Below are positions 18,992-27,760 of a DNA stretch of 64,000 bases, piece by piece. Origin of the DNA: an uncultured Spirochaetaceae bacterium (GTDB taxonomy: Bacteria > Spirochaetota > Spirochaetia > DSM-27196 > SLST01). The notes under the pieces were generated by a model, which was not told where the DNA came from, ran no database searches, and saw nothing but the letters and a program-made list of their open reading frames with translations. The position numbers were made by a program, and so were the translations under genes. Position 1 is the stretch's first letter, and each line of letters begins with the position of its first letter. The stretch covers positions 38,491 to 102,490 of the forward strand of contig CAZREG010000004.1 of assembly GCA_964599075.1 (NCBI GenBank). The letters run 5' to 3'.

Positions 18992-19605
18992 GCTGGAGCC
19001 CCCTCTCTGTTCATAACGGATTTGCCGGCCCAGATGATCAGGCCCAGCAGGAAGAACGCGCTCGGCGGCATGACCATGATGGTCCACGGCACGAACGATT
19101 CAGGCAGGATCTGGAAGCCAAAGAGCGTTCCAAAGCCGAGCAGCTCGCGGAACACCGCGATCACCATCAGCACACCCATGTATCCGAGTCCGCTCGTGAT
19201 TCCGTCCCAGAAGCTGACCACAGGTCCGTTGCTCTGAGCGAACGCCTCCGCCCGGCCCATGATGATACAGTTGGTGATGATCAGTCCTACATAGGGACCG
19301 AGGTTTTTGCTGATCTCCGGCAGATACGCCTTCAGCGCAATGTCTACTATGATAACGTAGAACGCAATGATCAGCGTCTGAACCATCATTCTTACTTTGC
19401 GCGGCATAAACTTCTTGAGCAGCGATACAGTAAGGCTTGAGAATCCGGTAACCAGCGTTACCCCGATGGTCATGATAGCCGTGTTGACCAGCAGGTTTGT
19501 GACCGCGAGCGCCGAACAGATTCCAAGGACCTGCATAAAGATTGGATTATTGGTCCAGAAGTTGTTCTTGAGAATTGCGCCGGGCCTGGTATCTACGTCG
19601 CTCAT
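18988..19605 (-). CDS. nqrD: NQR subunit D
   Basis: NNPIFMQVLGICSALAVT and LKAYLPEISKNLGPYVGLIITNCIIMGRAEAFA are near-identical in pattern to Vibrio NqrD. Confidence 0.9.
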   Translation of the reverse strand: MSDVDTRPGAILKNNFWTNNPIFMQVLGICSALAVTNLLVNTAIMTIGVTLVTGFSSLTVSLLKKFMPRKVRMMVQTLIIAFYVIIVDIALKAYLPEISKNLGPYVGLIITNCIIMGRAEAFAQSNGPVVSFWDGITSGLGYMGVLMVIAVFRELLGFGTLFGFQILPESFVPWTIMVMPPSAFFLLGLIIWAGKSVMNREGAPA

Positions 19606-20237
19606 ACGTTTCCCCCTCCGGTTTGCAGTGATTCGAGCTCCTCACGAACTGCAGCCGACTGCAGACGTTCGAGCTCGTCATTCACGATAATTTGGATTGA
19701 ATCACTGGTGCGCGTTGCACCGGTCACCCCGTCGACGAGTCCGTTCGACTTGTCAGAGTCGCCGTCTCCCTCAATCATGACAACCTCAAGCCGTCCGCCC
19801 GAGATGTCTTCACCTTCAAACTGAGACTTGAACCACTGCTCGTTGATTCGTCCCCCCAGCCCTGGAGTCTCGTTGTCGTCAACAATCTCTATTCCCACGA
19901 TCTGGTTGAAGTCAGCGGACACCGCAAGGAATCCCGAGATTGTCCCCCAGAGTCCCGCCCCGGAGAAGCGACTCGCGTACACGCGGCTTCCGTCTATGGT
20001 AGTCACGTAGAGTCCCCGCTCGGGATCTCCGACGATACGGTCGAACTCGCTTTGGATCTGCTGCTCGGTTGCCGCTTCAATACCCATTGCCGAGAGTATC
20101 GCCTGTCGCCGTGCGAGTTCTTGATTGAGCTCTACTTGCTCAACGGTGACCTGATTGGTCATTGAGAGAAGGAACACAAAGGCGAAACTCACGATGAAAA
20201 TAAAAATGATAGTGTAAACTGTTCCCTGTTTGTTCAT
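19602..20237 (-). CDS. nqrC: NQR subunit C (NqrC/RnfG family, FMN-binding)
   Basis: N-terminal TM helix, GLWGTISGFLAV...ETPGLGG and the flavinylation motif GVTGATRTS. At 211 aa it is RnfG-sized. Confidence 0.75.
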   Translation of the reverse strand: MNKQGTVYTIIFIFIVSFAFVFLLSMTNQVTVEQVELNQELARRQAILSAMGIEAATEQQIQSEFDRIVGDPERGLYVTTIDGSRVYASRFSGAGLWGTISGFLAVSADFNQIVGIEIVDDNETPGLGGRINEQWFKSQFEGEDISGGRLEVVMIEGDGDSDKSNGLVDGVTGATRTSDSIQIIVNDELERLQSAAVREELESLQTGGGNV

Positions 20238-21238
20238 CAGGTAGTCCCTCCCGCTGCCACTCCCGAGGGCTGTTTCCGCTCAGGTTGGGAACCGCTTTTC
20301 GCAGCTGCTTTTTTCTGCTTTGGCTTAGGCTTGGGCAAAATCTCATCGAGCAGACTCGCAAACGTGTTTCCAATGAGAATGCCAAAGCTGGTTCCCTCCG
20401 GAAAACCGGCGAATACCCGGACAAGAACGGTTACCGAACCAATTATCATCCCGTAGATCCACTGGCTCAGCGGCTTGTTTGGTGCGCTGATTGGATCGGT
20501 AGCCATAAAGACGGAGACGTAGAGGACGCTGCCGCTCATCAGGGCAAGATGCGGGACCAGCTCGGAGATCCCTGTGAAATAGAAAATGGTCTGCAGGGCC
20601 GCTGCAGAACCCAGAGTTGAGACAATAAGGCGCCACTGTGCGGTTTTGGTTACTATGTAGTAGATTGCGCCGGCGAGTATGAGCCAGACAGCAGTCTCTC
20701 CCATGCTTCCGGTGCGAAAGCCAAAGAAGAGCTGCCAGAAGTCAAGCTGATCAGCTCCTCCCGAGCGCATGATTCCAAGGGGGGTTGCGCTACTCATTGC
20801 ATCCAGACTGAAGGTGTCCTGGAGAAACGCGGGTATCCGCGGCTGTACCCAACCCTGCTGGAGCTGCGAGGGGAAGCTGATGTAAATAAACAGTCTCCCG
20901 GCGATCGCCGGATTGAACACGTTGCGGCCAAAACCTCCAAAGACCTCTTTGGCGAGCGCGACCGCGACAACGACCCCGATGATAGCCACCCAGAGCGGCA
21001 CTGCGGGGGGCAAGGAGAGGCCCACGAGCAGTGAGGTCACCAAAACCGCCTCGGTGACTTTCTTGCCTCGTACTCGTACAAAGATCCATTCGGTGAGGAT
21101 CCCGACCGCCAGCACCACTGCATTGACCAGCAGAACACGCGGGCCAAACAGATAGGTAGAGTACGCGAGCAGCACAAGCAACGCATAGACTACCTTTCTC
21201 ATAATTGGCTGCTTCTGGAAGATTTTGCTATACACCAC
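20237..21238 (-). CDS. nqrB: NQR subunit B (NqrB/RnfD family)
   Basis: AKEVFGGFGRNVFNPA, an SSATPL flavinylation-type site, and a Lys/Pro-rich C-terminal tail. The GTG at 21238 or 21235 follows a GGAGGA (21241-21246, minus strand). The ATG at 21202 is an alternative start. Confidence 0.8.
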   Translation of the reverse strand: MVYSKIFQKQPIMRKVVYALLVLLAYSTYLFGPRVLLVNAVVLAVGILTEWIFVRVRGKKVTEAVLVTSLLVGLSLPPAVPLWVAIIGVVVAVALAKEVFGGFGRNVFNPAIAGRLFIYISFPSQLQQGWVQPRIPAFLQDTFSLDAMSSATPLGIMRSGGADQLDFWQLFFGFRTGSMGETAVWLILAGAIYYIVTKTAQWRLIVSTLGSAAALQTIFYFTGISELVPHLALMSGSVLYVSVFMATDPISAPNKPLSQWIYGMIIGSVTVLVRVFAGFPEGTSFGILIGNTFASLLDEILPKPKPKQKKAAAKSGSQPERKQPSGVAAGGTT

Positions 21239-21269
21239 ATTCCTCCGTTATGATGAGTAACTGGTTATA

Positions 21270-21297
21270 GATACGGATAAATCGATACTTCCGTATC
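21270..21297. promoter_or_regulatory. 28-bp dyad GATACGGA-N12-TCCGTATC with central ATCGAT, in the nqr leader/operator position
   Basis: Perfect 8-bp inverted arms plus a central 6-bp palindrome sharing the same symmetry axis (21283.5). It lies immediately downstream of the TATAAT box at 21305-21310 (minus strand). Confidence 0.5.
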
Positions 21298-21304
21298 CAT
21301 TAGT

Positions 21305-21310
21305 ATTATA
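21305..21310 (-). promoter_or_regulatory. consensus TATAAT -10 box for nqrBCDEF
   Basis: The plus strand reads ATTATA. The box is about 65 nt upstream of the nqrB start in the only AT-rich intergenic region of the window. The -35 box is poor. Confidence 0.4.
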
Positions 21311-21368
21311 CTCAACAAAAAGTTGCTTGCATAGGATTCTTGCTCATCTTTCTGGACAAGTTACCAGC

Positions 21369-21396
21369 TTGCAAATGAAAAATGAATCAGTACATT
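21369..21396 (+). promoter_or_regulatory. TTGCAA-16-TACATT candidate promoter for the PNPOx-like/pdh operon
   Basis: Hexamers read from the sequence. It would give a roughly 70-nt leader ending in a strong GAGGAGGAGGAG Shine-Dalgarno. Confidence 0.4.
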
Positions 21397-21475
21397 AGAG
21401 GAATTGCAGGCGCATCCTCTGTTTTTTTCGTAAAAACGGTCGTACTGTCGGGTGCCTGTTCTTGAGGAGGAGGAG

Positions 21476-21928
21476 ATGGACTCAAAATCGATCCTTGACA
21501 CGTTGGAACGTGTCATTGAGAGTTCGAAAATCGCCATTCTGGCAACGTCGGACGCCGCCGGCCAGCCGCACATGCGTTGGATGACCCCGGCTGTTCTTCG
21601 GGGACGTGAAGGATCCCTGTTTGCGGTCACCAGCCCGGAGTTTGAGAAAGCTGAGCAGATCAGCCAAAACCCGAAGGTTGAGTGGATGGTTCAGAGCAAA
21701 CCGCTGGATGAGATTGTGCGGGCGCGGGGAATGATGACCATGATTGACAATCCGGCGGTGAAGGCAATGGTGCTTGAGGAGGTCGGCAGCCAGCTCTCGA
21801 GCTTTTGGAAGAGTAACCCGGACCCCTCTCAGGTGGTGGTACTGGAGACGGTTCTCGAGGAACTGACCTACGAAAAGCCGATCAGCGGGGAGCGCACGGA
21901 CGTCAAGCTAGGGGGCGGGAATGGCTAA
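21476..21928 (+). CDS. pyridoxamine 5'-phosphate oxidase-like FMN-binding protein (general stress protein 26-like)
   Basis: SKIAILATSDAAGQPHMRWM is typical of the PNPOx-like split-barrel family. The ATG at 21476 is preceded by GAGGAGGAGGAG. It overlaps pdhA by 8 nt. Confidence 0.65.
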   Translation: MDSKSILDTLERVIESSKIAILATSDAAGQPHMRWMTPAVLRGREGSLFAVTSPEFEKAEQISQNPKVEWMVQSKPLDEIVRARGMMTMIDNPAVKAMVLEEVGSQLSSFWKSNPDPSQVVVLETVLEELTYEKPISGERTDVKLGGGNG

Positions 21929-22949
21929 GGCAAACGCAGCTACGGATCCAATAACAGTGGACGGTGTGGGCGGGCACAAGAAAGAGTTTCTTCTGCACGT
22001 GCTGCGAAAGATGACCCTCATCCGCAGGTTTGAGGAAAAGGCAGCTCAGATGTACGGGCTGCGAAAGATTGGCGGGTTCTGCCACCTCTACAACGGCCAG
22101 GAAGGTGTCGCGGTGGGTGCCGTTGAGGCGCTTGATCTGGACAAGGACTACCTCCTGACTGCCTACCGTGATCACGGACATGCGCTTGCAGTTGGGATGG
22201 AGCCGCGCTCCATAATGGCGGAACTCTATGGGAAGATAACCGGCTGTTCCCGTGGCAAGGGCGGCAGCATGCATATGTTTGACGCAGAAAAGCATTTTCT
22301 TGGTGGAAACGGCATTGTAGGGGCCCAGATCCCTATGGCCACCGGTACCGCGTTTGCGCAGATGTACTGGGAAAAGGTGATGGGCAAAAAGCAGACTGGT
22401 GTCACCCTCTGTTTCTTTGGTGATGGAGCTATCCATCAGGGAGCGTTTCATGAGTCACTCAACCTGGCATCGGTATGGAATCTTCCCGCGATCTATATAG
22501 TTGAGAACAATCACTTTGGGATGGGAACGGCAGTCAAGAGAGTGAGCGCGATTGAAGACTTCGCCGTGAAGGCAACCGGTTTTGATATGCCCGGTCTCAC
22601 CGTTGACGGGATGAACGTGCTGGCGGTCTATGAGGCGATCACGCGGGCGAAAGAACTCATCAGCAAGGAGGGAAAGCCGGTGCTGATGGATATCAAGACG
22701 TATCGCTACAAGGGCCACTCAATGAGTGACCCTGCAAAGTACCGGACTCGCGACGAGCTTGAGGGATTCCAGAAGCAGGACCCAATTCTGGAGCTTAAGG
22801 CGCGAATGATCGACGCGAAGATGATCAACGACGACGAGTACAAGAAGATGGACGACGAGGTTAAAGCCACTGTGAAAGACGCCGTCGATTTTGCTGAACA
22901 GAGCGACGAACCGCCTCTGGCGACCATGTATGAAGATATCTACGTCTAA
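21921..22949 (+). CDS. pdhA: pyruvate dehydrogenase E1 alpha subunit (TPP-dependent)
   Basis: LTAYRDHGHALAVG and SRGKGGSMHMF...GGNGIVGAQIP match the alpha-proteobacterial/mitochondrial-type PdhA pattern. Confidence 0.85.
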   Translation: MAKANAATDPITVDGVGGHKKEFLLHVLRKMTLIRRFEEKAAQMYGLRKIGGFCHLYNGQEGVAVGAVEALDLDKDYLLTAYRDHGHALAVGMEPRSIMAELYGKITGCSRGKGGSMHMFDAEKHFLGGNGIVGAQIPMATGTAFAQMYWEKVMGKKQTGVTLCFFGDGAIHQGAFHESLNLASVWNLPAIYIVENNHFGMGTAVKRVSAIEDFAVKATGFDMPGLTVDGMNVLAVYEAITRAKELISKEGKPVLMDIKTYRYKGHSMSDPAKYRTRDELEGFQKQDPILELKARMIDAKMINDDEYKKMDDEVKATVKDAVDFAEQSDEPPLATMYEDIYV

Positions 22950-22960
22950 GGAGCCCGGTA

Positions 22961-23941
22961 ATGGCAGAGATTAGTATCCGAGAGGCCCTGAACCAGGCCC
23001 TTGATGAAGAGATGGCGCGCGATGAGCGCGTGTTCCTCCTTGGGGAGGAGGTAGGCGAGTATAATGGCGCCTACAAGGTAAGCCGGGGCCTGCTCGACAA
23101 GTACGGCGTCCCAAGGGTGCTTGACACCCCTATCGCAGAGCTCGGCTTTACCGGCCTCGCAGTTGGTGCGGCAACCGTTGGCCTGCGGCCTGTTGTGGAG
23201 TGGATGACGTTTAACTTTTCACTCCTCGCACTCGACCAGGTAATCAACAACGCCGCGAAGATGCGTCACATGTCCGGCGGTCAGTTGAACGTTCCTATCG
23301 TTTTTCGTGGGCCCAATGGACCGGCCGAGTATCTGTCGAGTCAGCACTCACAGGCTCTGCAGAGTCTTTTTGTGCATATCCCCGGTCTCAAGGTCGCAAG
23401 CTACGCAACACCCTACGACGCGAAGGGCATCCTCAAGACCGCGATCCGGGACGACAACCCGGTGGTGCTCATAGAGAGCGAGATGGCGTACGCATGGACC
23501 GGCGAGGTACCGGATGAGGAGTACACCATTCCTCTGGGCAAAGCCGATGTAAAGCGACCCGGGAGCGAGGTGACACTGATTACCTACTCGAAGCCGGTGA
23601 AGATGGTGCTTGAGGCAGCTGCAGAACTGGAGAAGATGGGGGTTGATGCGGAGGTAATCGATCTGCGTTCAATCCGTCCGCTTGATGAGCAGACGATCTA
23701 CACCTCGGTGCACAAGACGAACCGAGCCGTGGTTGTGGATGAGTCGTGGCCAATTGCGAGCGTCGGCAGTCACGTGGCATGGCTGATCAGCCGCAACTGC
23801 TTTGACGTCCTTGATGCGCAGGTGGAGCTCGTCTCAAGTGAGGACGTACCCATGCCGTACAACCATACGCTGGAACTCGCCGCTCAACCGAGCGTCGAGA
23901 AGATTGTTGATGCGGCCAAGCGCGTCCTCTACATGGAGTAA
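22961..23941 (+). CDS. pdhB: pyruvate dehydrogenase E1 beta subunit
   Basis: 326 aa with transketolase-like pyrimidine-binding and C-terminal domains (VLDTPIAELGFTG, MTFNFSLLALDQ). Confidence 0.85.
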   Translation: MAEISIREALNQALDEEMARDERVFLLGEEVGEYNGAYKVSRGLLDKYGVPRVLDTPIAELGFTGLAVGAATVGLRPVVEWMTFNFSLLALDQVINNAAKMRHMSGGQLNVPIVFRGPNGPAEYLSSQHSQALQSLFVHIPGLKVASYATPYDAKGILKTAIRDDNPVVLIESEMAYAWTGEVPDEEYTIPLGKADVKRPGSEVTLITYSKPVKMVLEAAAELEKMGVDAEVIDLRSIRPLDEQTIYTSVHKTNRAVVVDESWPIASVGSHVAWLISRNCFDVLDAQVELVSSEDVPMPYNHTLELAAQPSVEKIVDAAKRVLYME

Positions 23942-23943
23942 CT

Positions 23944-25305
23944 ATGGCAGAAAAAGTGATGATGACAGCGCTCTCTCCCACCATGGAGGAGGGCACAATA
24001 GTCAGTTGGAAGAAGAGCGAGGGTGACACCGTCTCCTCCGGCGACCTGCTCTGCGAGGTGGAGACGGATAAGGCCACCATGGACTACGAGGCAACGCAGG
24101 AGGGGACGCTGCTGAAGATAGTGTGCAGCGACGGCTCCTCGGCAAGCGTGGGCCAGACCATCGCAATCATTGGCGACGAGGGTGAAGACGTCTCGGAACT
24201 GGTGAAAGAAGCAGAGAACGAGGGATCAGGTGGTAGCGAGAGCGAAGATTCCGGCAGCGCAGCCGCCGTCCCGGATGCCACAAAGGCGGAGGTGGCTGCG
24301 GCAGCCGGCAGCGCCGGCCAGCCGGCCAGCCCGCCCATCGATTCCACGAAAGAAGGCCCCGCCGATGTAGCGCCTTCGTCTGATGGTGATTCGTCTGATA
24401 GTGATTTGATGAGCGGTCCACAGAGCTCCGGGGTTGTGAAGGCAAGCCCGCTTGCCCGAAAGCTCGCCTCAGAGCGGGGGCTGGACATTGCGCGCATCCC
24501 CGGGACCGGTCCGGGTGGAAGGATTGTAAAGTCAGACGTAGAAGGTTACGTGCCCACGAGTCCGGGAGTGAGCCGCACTCCCGCTGCAGCCGGGGTTTCG
24601 GCCACGGCAGTCATGCAGCCGGGAGAGAACCAGAACATCCCGGTCACAGGTAAGCGTGCCGTAGTTGCCCGCAGACTTGCAGAGAGCAAGTTCAGCGCGC
24701 CACACTACTATTTGAAGAACAGTGTCAAAATGGATGACATGCTTGCGGCGCGGGCAGGGCTTAACAGGGAAGTGCCTGAGAAGGTTAGTCTCAACGCTTT
24801 CCTTCTCAAATTTGCCGCGGAGGCGCTCAATCGTCATCCGCAGGTGAACGCGAGCTGGCAGGGTGACCAGATTGTTCAGTTCGGCTCTATCGACATTGGA
24901 CTGGCCGTTGACCTTGGCAACGGACTCATCACGCCAATCGTGAGGAACTGCGGCAACAAGGGCGTGGTGACGATTGATCAGGATCTCAAGGCGCTGATAG
25001 CAAAGGCCGGCGAAAACAAACTTGCACCGCAAGAGTATACCGGGGCTACGTTCACCATCAGTAATCTGGGAAGCTTTGGAGTTGAGGAGTTTACCGCCAT
25101 TATCAACCCGCCGGGCTCGGCGATTCTCGCCATCGGAGAGACGAAGAAAACGGTTGTTGTAAATGAGGATGATGAGATAGATGTAGCACAGATCATGAAG
25201 ATGACACTCAGTTGTGATCACCGGGTGATTGACGGTGCTACGGGAGGACGTTTCCTCTTTGACTTGAAGCGGATCATGGAGAGTCCTATCCGCGCGCTGT
25301 ACTAG
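23944..25305 (+). CDS. dihydrolipoamide acetyltransferase (E2)
   Basis: Single lipoyl domain (CEVETDKATMDYEA), an Ala/Ser/Pro/Asp-rich linker, an E3-binding domain (ASPLARKLA...GTGPGGRI) and the catalytic motif DHRVIDGA. Confidence 0.9.
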   Translation: MAEKVMMTALSPTMEEGTIVSWKKSEGDTVSSGDLLCEVETDKATMDYEATQEGTLLKIVCSDGSSASVGQTIAIIGDEGEDVSELVKEAENEGSGGSESEDSGSAAAVPDATKAEVAAAAGSAGQPASPPIDSTKEGPADVAPSSDGDSSDSDLMSGPQSSGVVKASPLARKLASERGLDIARIPGTGPGGRIVKSDVEGYVPTSPGVSRTPAAAGVSATAVMQPGENQNIPVTGKRAVVARRLAESKFSAPHYYLKNSVKMDDMLAARAGLNREVPEKVSLNAFLLKFAAEALNRHPQVNASWQGDQIVQFGSIDIGLAVDLGNGLITPIVRNCGNKGVVTIDQDLKALIAKAGENKLAPQEYTGATFTISNLGSFGVEEFTAIINPPGSAILAIGETKKTVVVNEDDEIDVAQIMKMTLSCDHRVIDGATGGRFLFDLKRIMESPIRALY

Positions 25306-25314
25306 GAGAAAAAC

Positions 25315-26703
25315 ATGGCAGAGTACAACTACGACCTTGTCGTTATTGGATCGGGCCCCGGTGGATACGTTGCTGCAATCCGGGCGACACAGCTGGGGAT
25401 GAGCGCGGCAGTTATAGAGAAAGAGAAGGCGGGTGGGGTCTGCCTGAACGTCGGATGTATCCCAAGCAAGGCGCTTATTCACCAGGCGGAGATCTACGGC
25501 TACCGCAAGGATCTCAAAGAGCTCGGGATCAAGCTTGACGAGTCACAGTTTGACTACTCCAAGGTCTACAAGAAGAGCCGTCAGGCGGCAGACCGACTCA
25601 GTAAGGGAGTTTCCGGACTCCTGAAGAAGAACAAGGTGGAGTACCTCGAGGGCAAGGCCACCCTGAAGAGTCAGCATGAGGTGGAGATCGACGGTGGAAA
25701 GACGGTAAGCGCAAAGAACATTCTTATCGCAACCGGAAGCCGCCCGCGGGAGATGCAGGGCTTCGAGTTCGATGAGAAACAGGTGTTGAGCTCAACCGGA
25801 GCTCTCTATCTGGAGAAACTTCCCCAAAAGCTGATAGTCCTTGGGGGTGGTTACATTGGGATGGAGTTTGCTCACGTAATGAGCAGCTTTGGCGTTGAGG
25901 TCACGGTGGTAGAGATGCTTGATCGCGTGCTGCCGCTCTCTGACCCGGAGGTCGTCGCTGTACTGGAGAAGGACTTCAAGCGTCGGCCGGTAGAGATCCT
26001 GACGGGCACAAAGGCTGAGAAGCTCACAAAGAACAAGAGCGGCATCAAGCTCGAAGTATCGAACAGCGAGGGAAAGCAGACTCTTGAGGCTGATATGCTG
26101 CTTGTGAGTGTGGGTCGTGCGCCCAACTCAGAGGATCTTGGCCTGGAGAAGGTTGGGATCAAGACAGAGAAGGGTTTTATCAAGACTCGTGACTACTATC
26201 AGACCGATGTTTCCGGTATTTACGCGATCGGGGACGTGGTCGCCACTCCCCAGCTTGCCCACGTGGCAAGCAAAGAGGGAGAAATTGCGGTTGAGCACAT
26301 GGCGGGCCACACTCCAGAGAAACGGGTGGAGATTGATCTCATCCCGTCGGCTATCTACACAGAGCCGCAGATTGCAAGCTACGGACCAACCGAGGAGCAG
26401 GCGAAAGAGCGAGGGCTCAACTTTGAAAAAGCTGTCTTTCCGTACCGCGGAGCAGGAAAGAGTGTGGCGATAGGGCACCCTGACGGAATGGTCAAGATTC
26501 TCTACGACAAGGACACGCAGGAGTTTCTTGCGGCGCACGTGGTCGGTCACAACGCCACCGAGCTTATCCACGAGCTGCTGCTGGGCAAGCGCAGCGAGCT
26601 TCTCACCGAGGATATTGCTACCATGATCCATGCCCACCCAACGCTCTCGGAGGCGGTCATGGAAGCTGCTCGAGCCGCTGAAGGATGGGCGATTCACTCG
26701 TAG
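25315..26703 (+). CDS. lpdA: dihydrolipoyl dehydrogenase (E3)
   Basis: GSGPGGY, redox-active GGVCLNVGCIPSK and C-terminal HAHPTLSE. Confidence 0.9.
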   Translation: MAEYNYDLVVIGSGPGGYVAAIRATQLGMSAAVIEKEKAGGVCLNVGCIPSKALIHQAEIYGYRKDLKELGIKLDESQFDYSKVYKKSRQAADRLSKGVSGLLKKNKVEYLEGKATLKSQHEVEIDGGKTVSAKNILIATGSRPREMQGFEFDEKQVLSSTGALYLEKLPQKLIVLGGGYIGMEFAHVMSSFGVEVTVVEMLDRVLPLSDPEVVAVLEKDFKRRPVEILTGTKAEKLTKNKSGIKLEVSNSEGKQTLEADMLLVSVGRAPNSEDLGLEKVGIKTEKGFIKTRDYYQTDVSGIYAIGDVVATPQLAHVASKEGEIAVEHMAGHTPEKRVEIDLIPSAIYTEPQIASYGPTEEQAKERGLNFEKAVFPYRGAGKSVAIGHPDGMVKILYDKDTQEFLAAHVVGHNATELIHELLLGKRSELLTEDIATMIHAHPTLSEAVMEAARAAEGWAIHS

Positions 26704-27759
26704 ATGGCAACCCCACCGCTACAGCCGCCGGGTGAACCGCTACACGCACAGAACCGTCTCCTGCTCGTCCTTGTGGTCATTGCAGTCGGGGCGGTTTTTC
26801 AACTTGCCGCTGGTATCCTCCAGCCGCTTGTCATTGCCCTGCTGCTGAGCTTTGTGCTCAGTCCTCTCGTGGACGGCCTGCACCGCATAGGGGTGCCCAG
26901 AATTGCTGCGATTGTATTGGTCATTGTGATCCTGTTGGGACTGGCATTCCTCATTGCTCTGGTGCTCTATGCCAGTGTCCAGAGTGTGCTGCGAGAGTTT
27001 CCCTTTTACCAGCAGCGCATAGTTGAGATCTATCGTCTGGCAGGTGAGCGATTCGATCTTCCCCAGAACCTGCTGATGGAGTTGCAGCTTGTTCGGGAGT
27101 TGGGAAGCTACCTGGTCTCGTTCAGTTCCGGCTTCCTCGGGGTGCTCGCCAGCCTCATCATGATCATCATCTTTCTGCTGTTCCTGCTTCTTGAGAAGCC
27201 GTATCTACGGCCAAAGGTGATGGAGGCGCTGCAGGGGCCACGAACGGACAAACTCTGGAGAATTGTTGGTCATACAAATCAGCAGATTGGGCGTTATCTC
27301 ACTGTAAAACTGGTTGTAAGCACGGCTACCGGTGGGCTCGTCTGGCTTGCGTTCTCCGTGATCGGGGTGGACTTTGCATTCGTCTGGGGTGTACTCAGCT
27401 TTCTGTTCAACTTCATCCCCTCGATCGGAAGCATCCTCATTGGCGTAGCAAGCGTGGGTTTTGCAGTTCTCCAGTTCTATCCCGACTGGAACCCGATTCT
27501 GGTCGCCGGTATCTCCATGTTGACTATTCAACTGGTGCTTGGCAACGTGATAGACCCCAAGATGCAGGGCGACAGTCTGAAGATCAGTCCGGTCGTGATT
27601 CTCTTCTCTCTTCTTGTCTGGGGCTGGCTGTGGGGAGTGGTCGGTCTGTTTCTGGCGGTTCCCCTGACCGTTGCACTCAAGATTGTATTTGAGAACATCC
27701 CGGGTCTTGAGTTTGTCGGCGTTCTGATGGGACGCTCTGATGTTGAAGAGGAGAAGTAG
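26704..27759 (+). CDS. AI-2E family transporter (PerM/UPF0118-type permease)
   Basis: 351 aa with about 8 TM helices and a typical topology and C-terminal pattern (FLAVPLT). It starts immediately after the lpdA stop. Confidence 0.75.
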   Translation: MATPPLQPPGEPLHAQNRLLLVLVVIAVGAVFQLAAGILQPLVIALLLSFVLSPLVDGLHRIGVPRIAAIVLVIVILLGLAFLIALVLYASVQSVLREFPFYQQRIVEIYRLAGERFDLPQNLLMELQLVRELGSYLVSFSSGFLGVLASLIMIIIFLLFLLLEKPYLRPKVMEALQGPRTDKLWRIVGHTNQQIGRYLTVKLVVSTATGGLVWLAFSVIGVDFAFVWGVLSFLFNFIPSIGSILIGVASVGFAVLQFYPDWNPILVAGISMLTIQLVLGNVIDPKMQGDSLKISPVVILFSLLVWGWLWGVVGLFLAVPLTVALKIVFENIPGLEFVGVLMGRSDVEEEK

Positions 27760-27760
27760 T

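Noticed and set aside
18992-19087. 32-codon 5' extension of nqrE (track start 19087).
   Set aside because: It runs inside the nqrD coding region. NqrE homologues begin near MTPVLNPF..., and the ATG at 18991 gives the classic ATGA coupling.
21199-21240. Possible 13-codon upstream ORF (ATG 21240, MWCIAKSSRSSQL, with its TGA overlapping the ATG at 21202) in front of nqrB.
   Set aside because: The GGAGGA Shine-Dalgarno abuts that ATG with 0-nt spacing, which is too short. An in-frame GTG at 21238 or 21235 gives an N-terminus that aligns with RnfD/NqrB N-termini. No evidence favours the uORF.
21397-21428. AGAGGA-N12-TCCTCT hairpin followed by a T7 run in the nqr/pdh intergenic region, considered as a terminator or attenuator.
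   Set aside because: The stem is only 6 bp with a 12-nt loop, and no upstream plus-strand gene exists to terminate. It also overlaps the predicted -10 box and transcription start site of the plus-strand promoter, so the full hairpin would not be transcribed.
24230-24440. Short DNA and peptide repeats (GATTCGTCTGAT.GTGAT; SSDGDSSDSD) in the E2 gene, considered as a tandem-repeat locus.
   Set aside because: This is the normal low-complexity Ala/Pro/Ser/Asp inter-domain linker of E2 acyltransferases.
24532-25482. 316-aa antisense ORF opposite the E2/E3 junction. Similar long antisense ORFs occur at 50311..51441 (376 aa, opposite GH65), 53365..54267 (300 aa, opposite metG), 51991..52767 and 35099..35803.
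   Set aside because: All lie opposite genes with strong family signatures. They show compositional bias typical of reverse-frame translation and have no start-site signals. I treat them as GC-driven artefacts.
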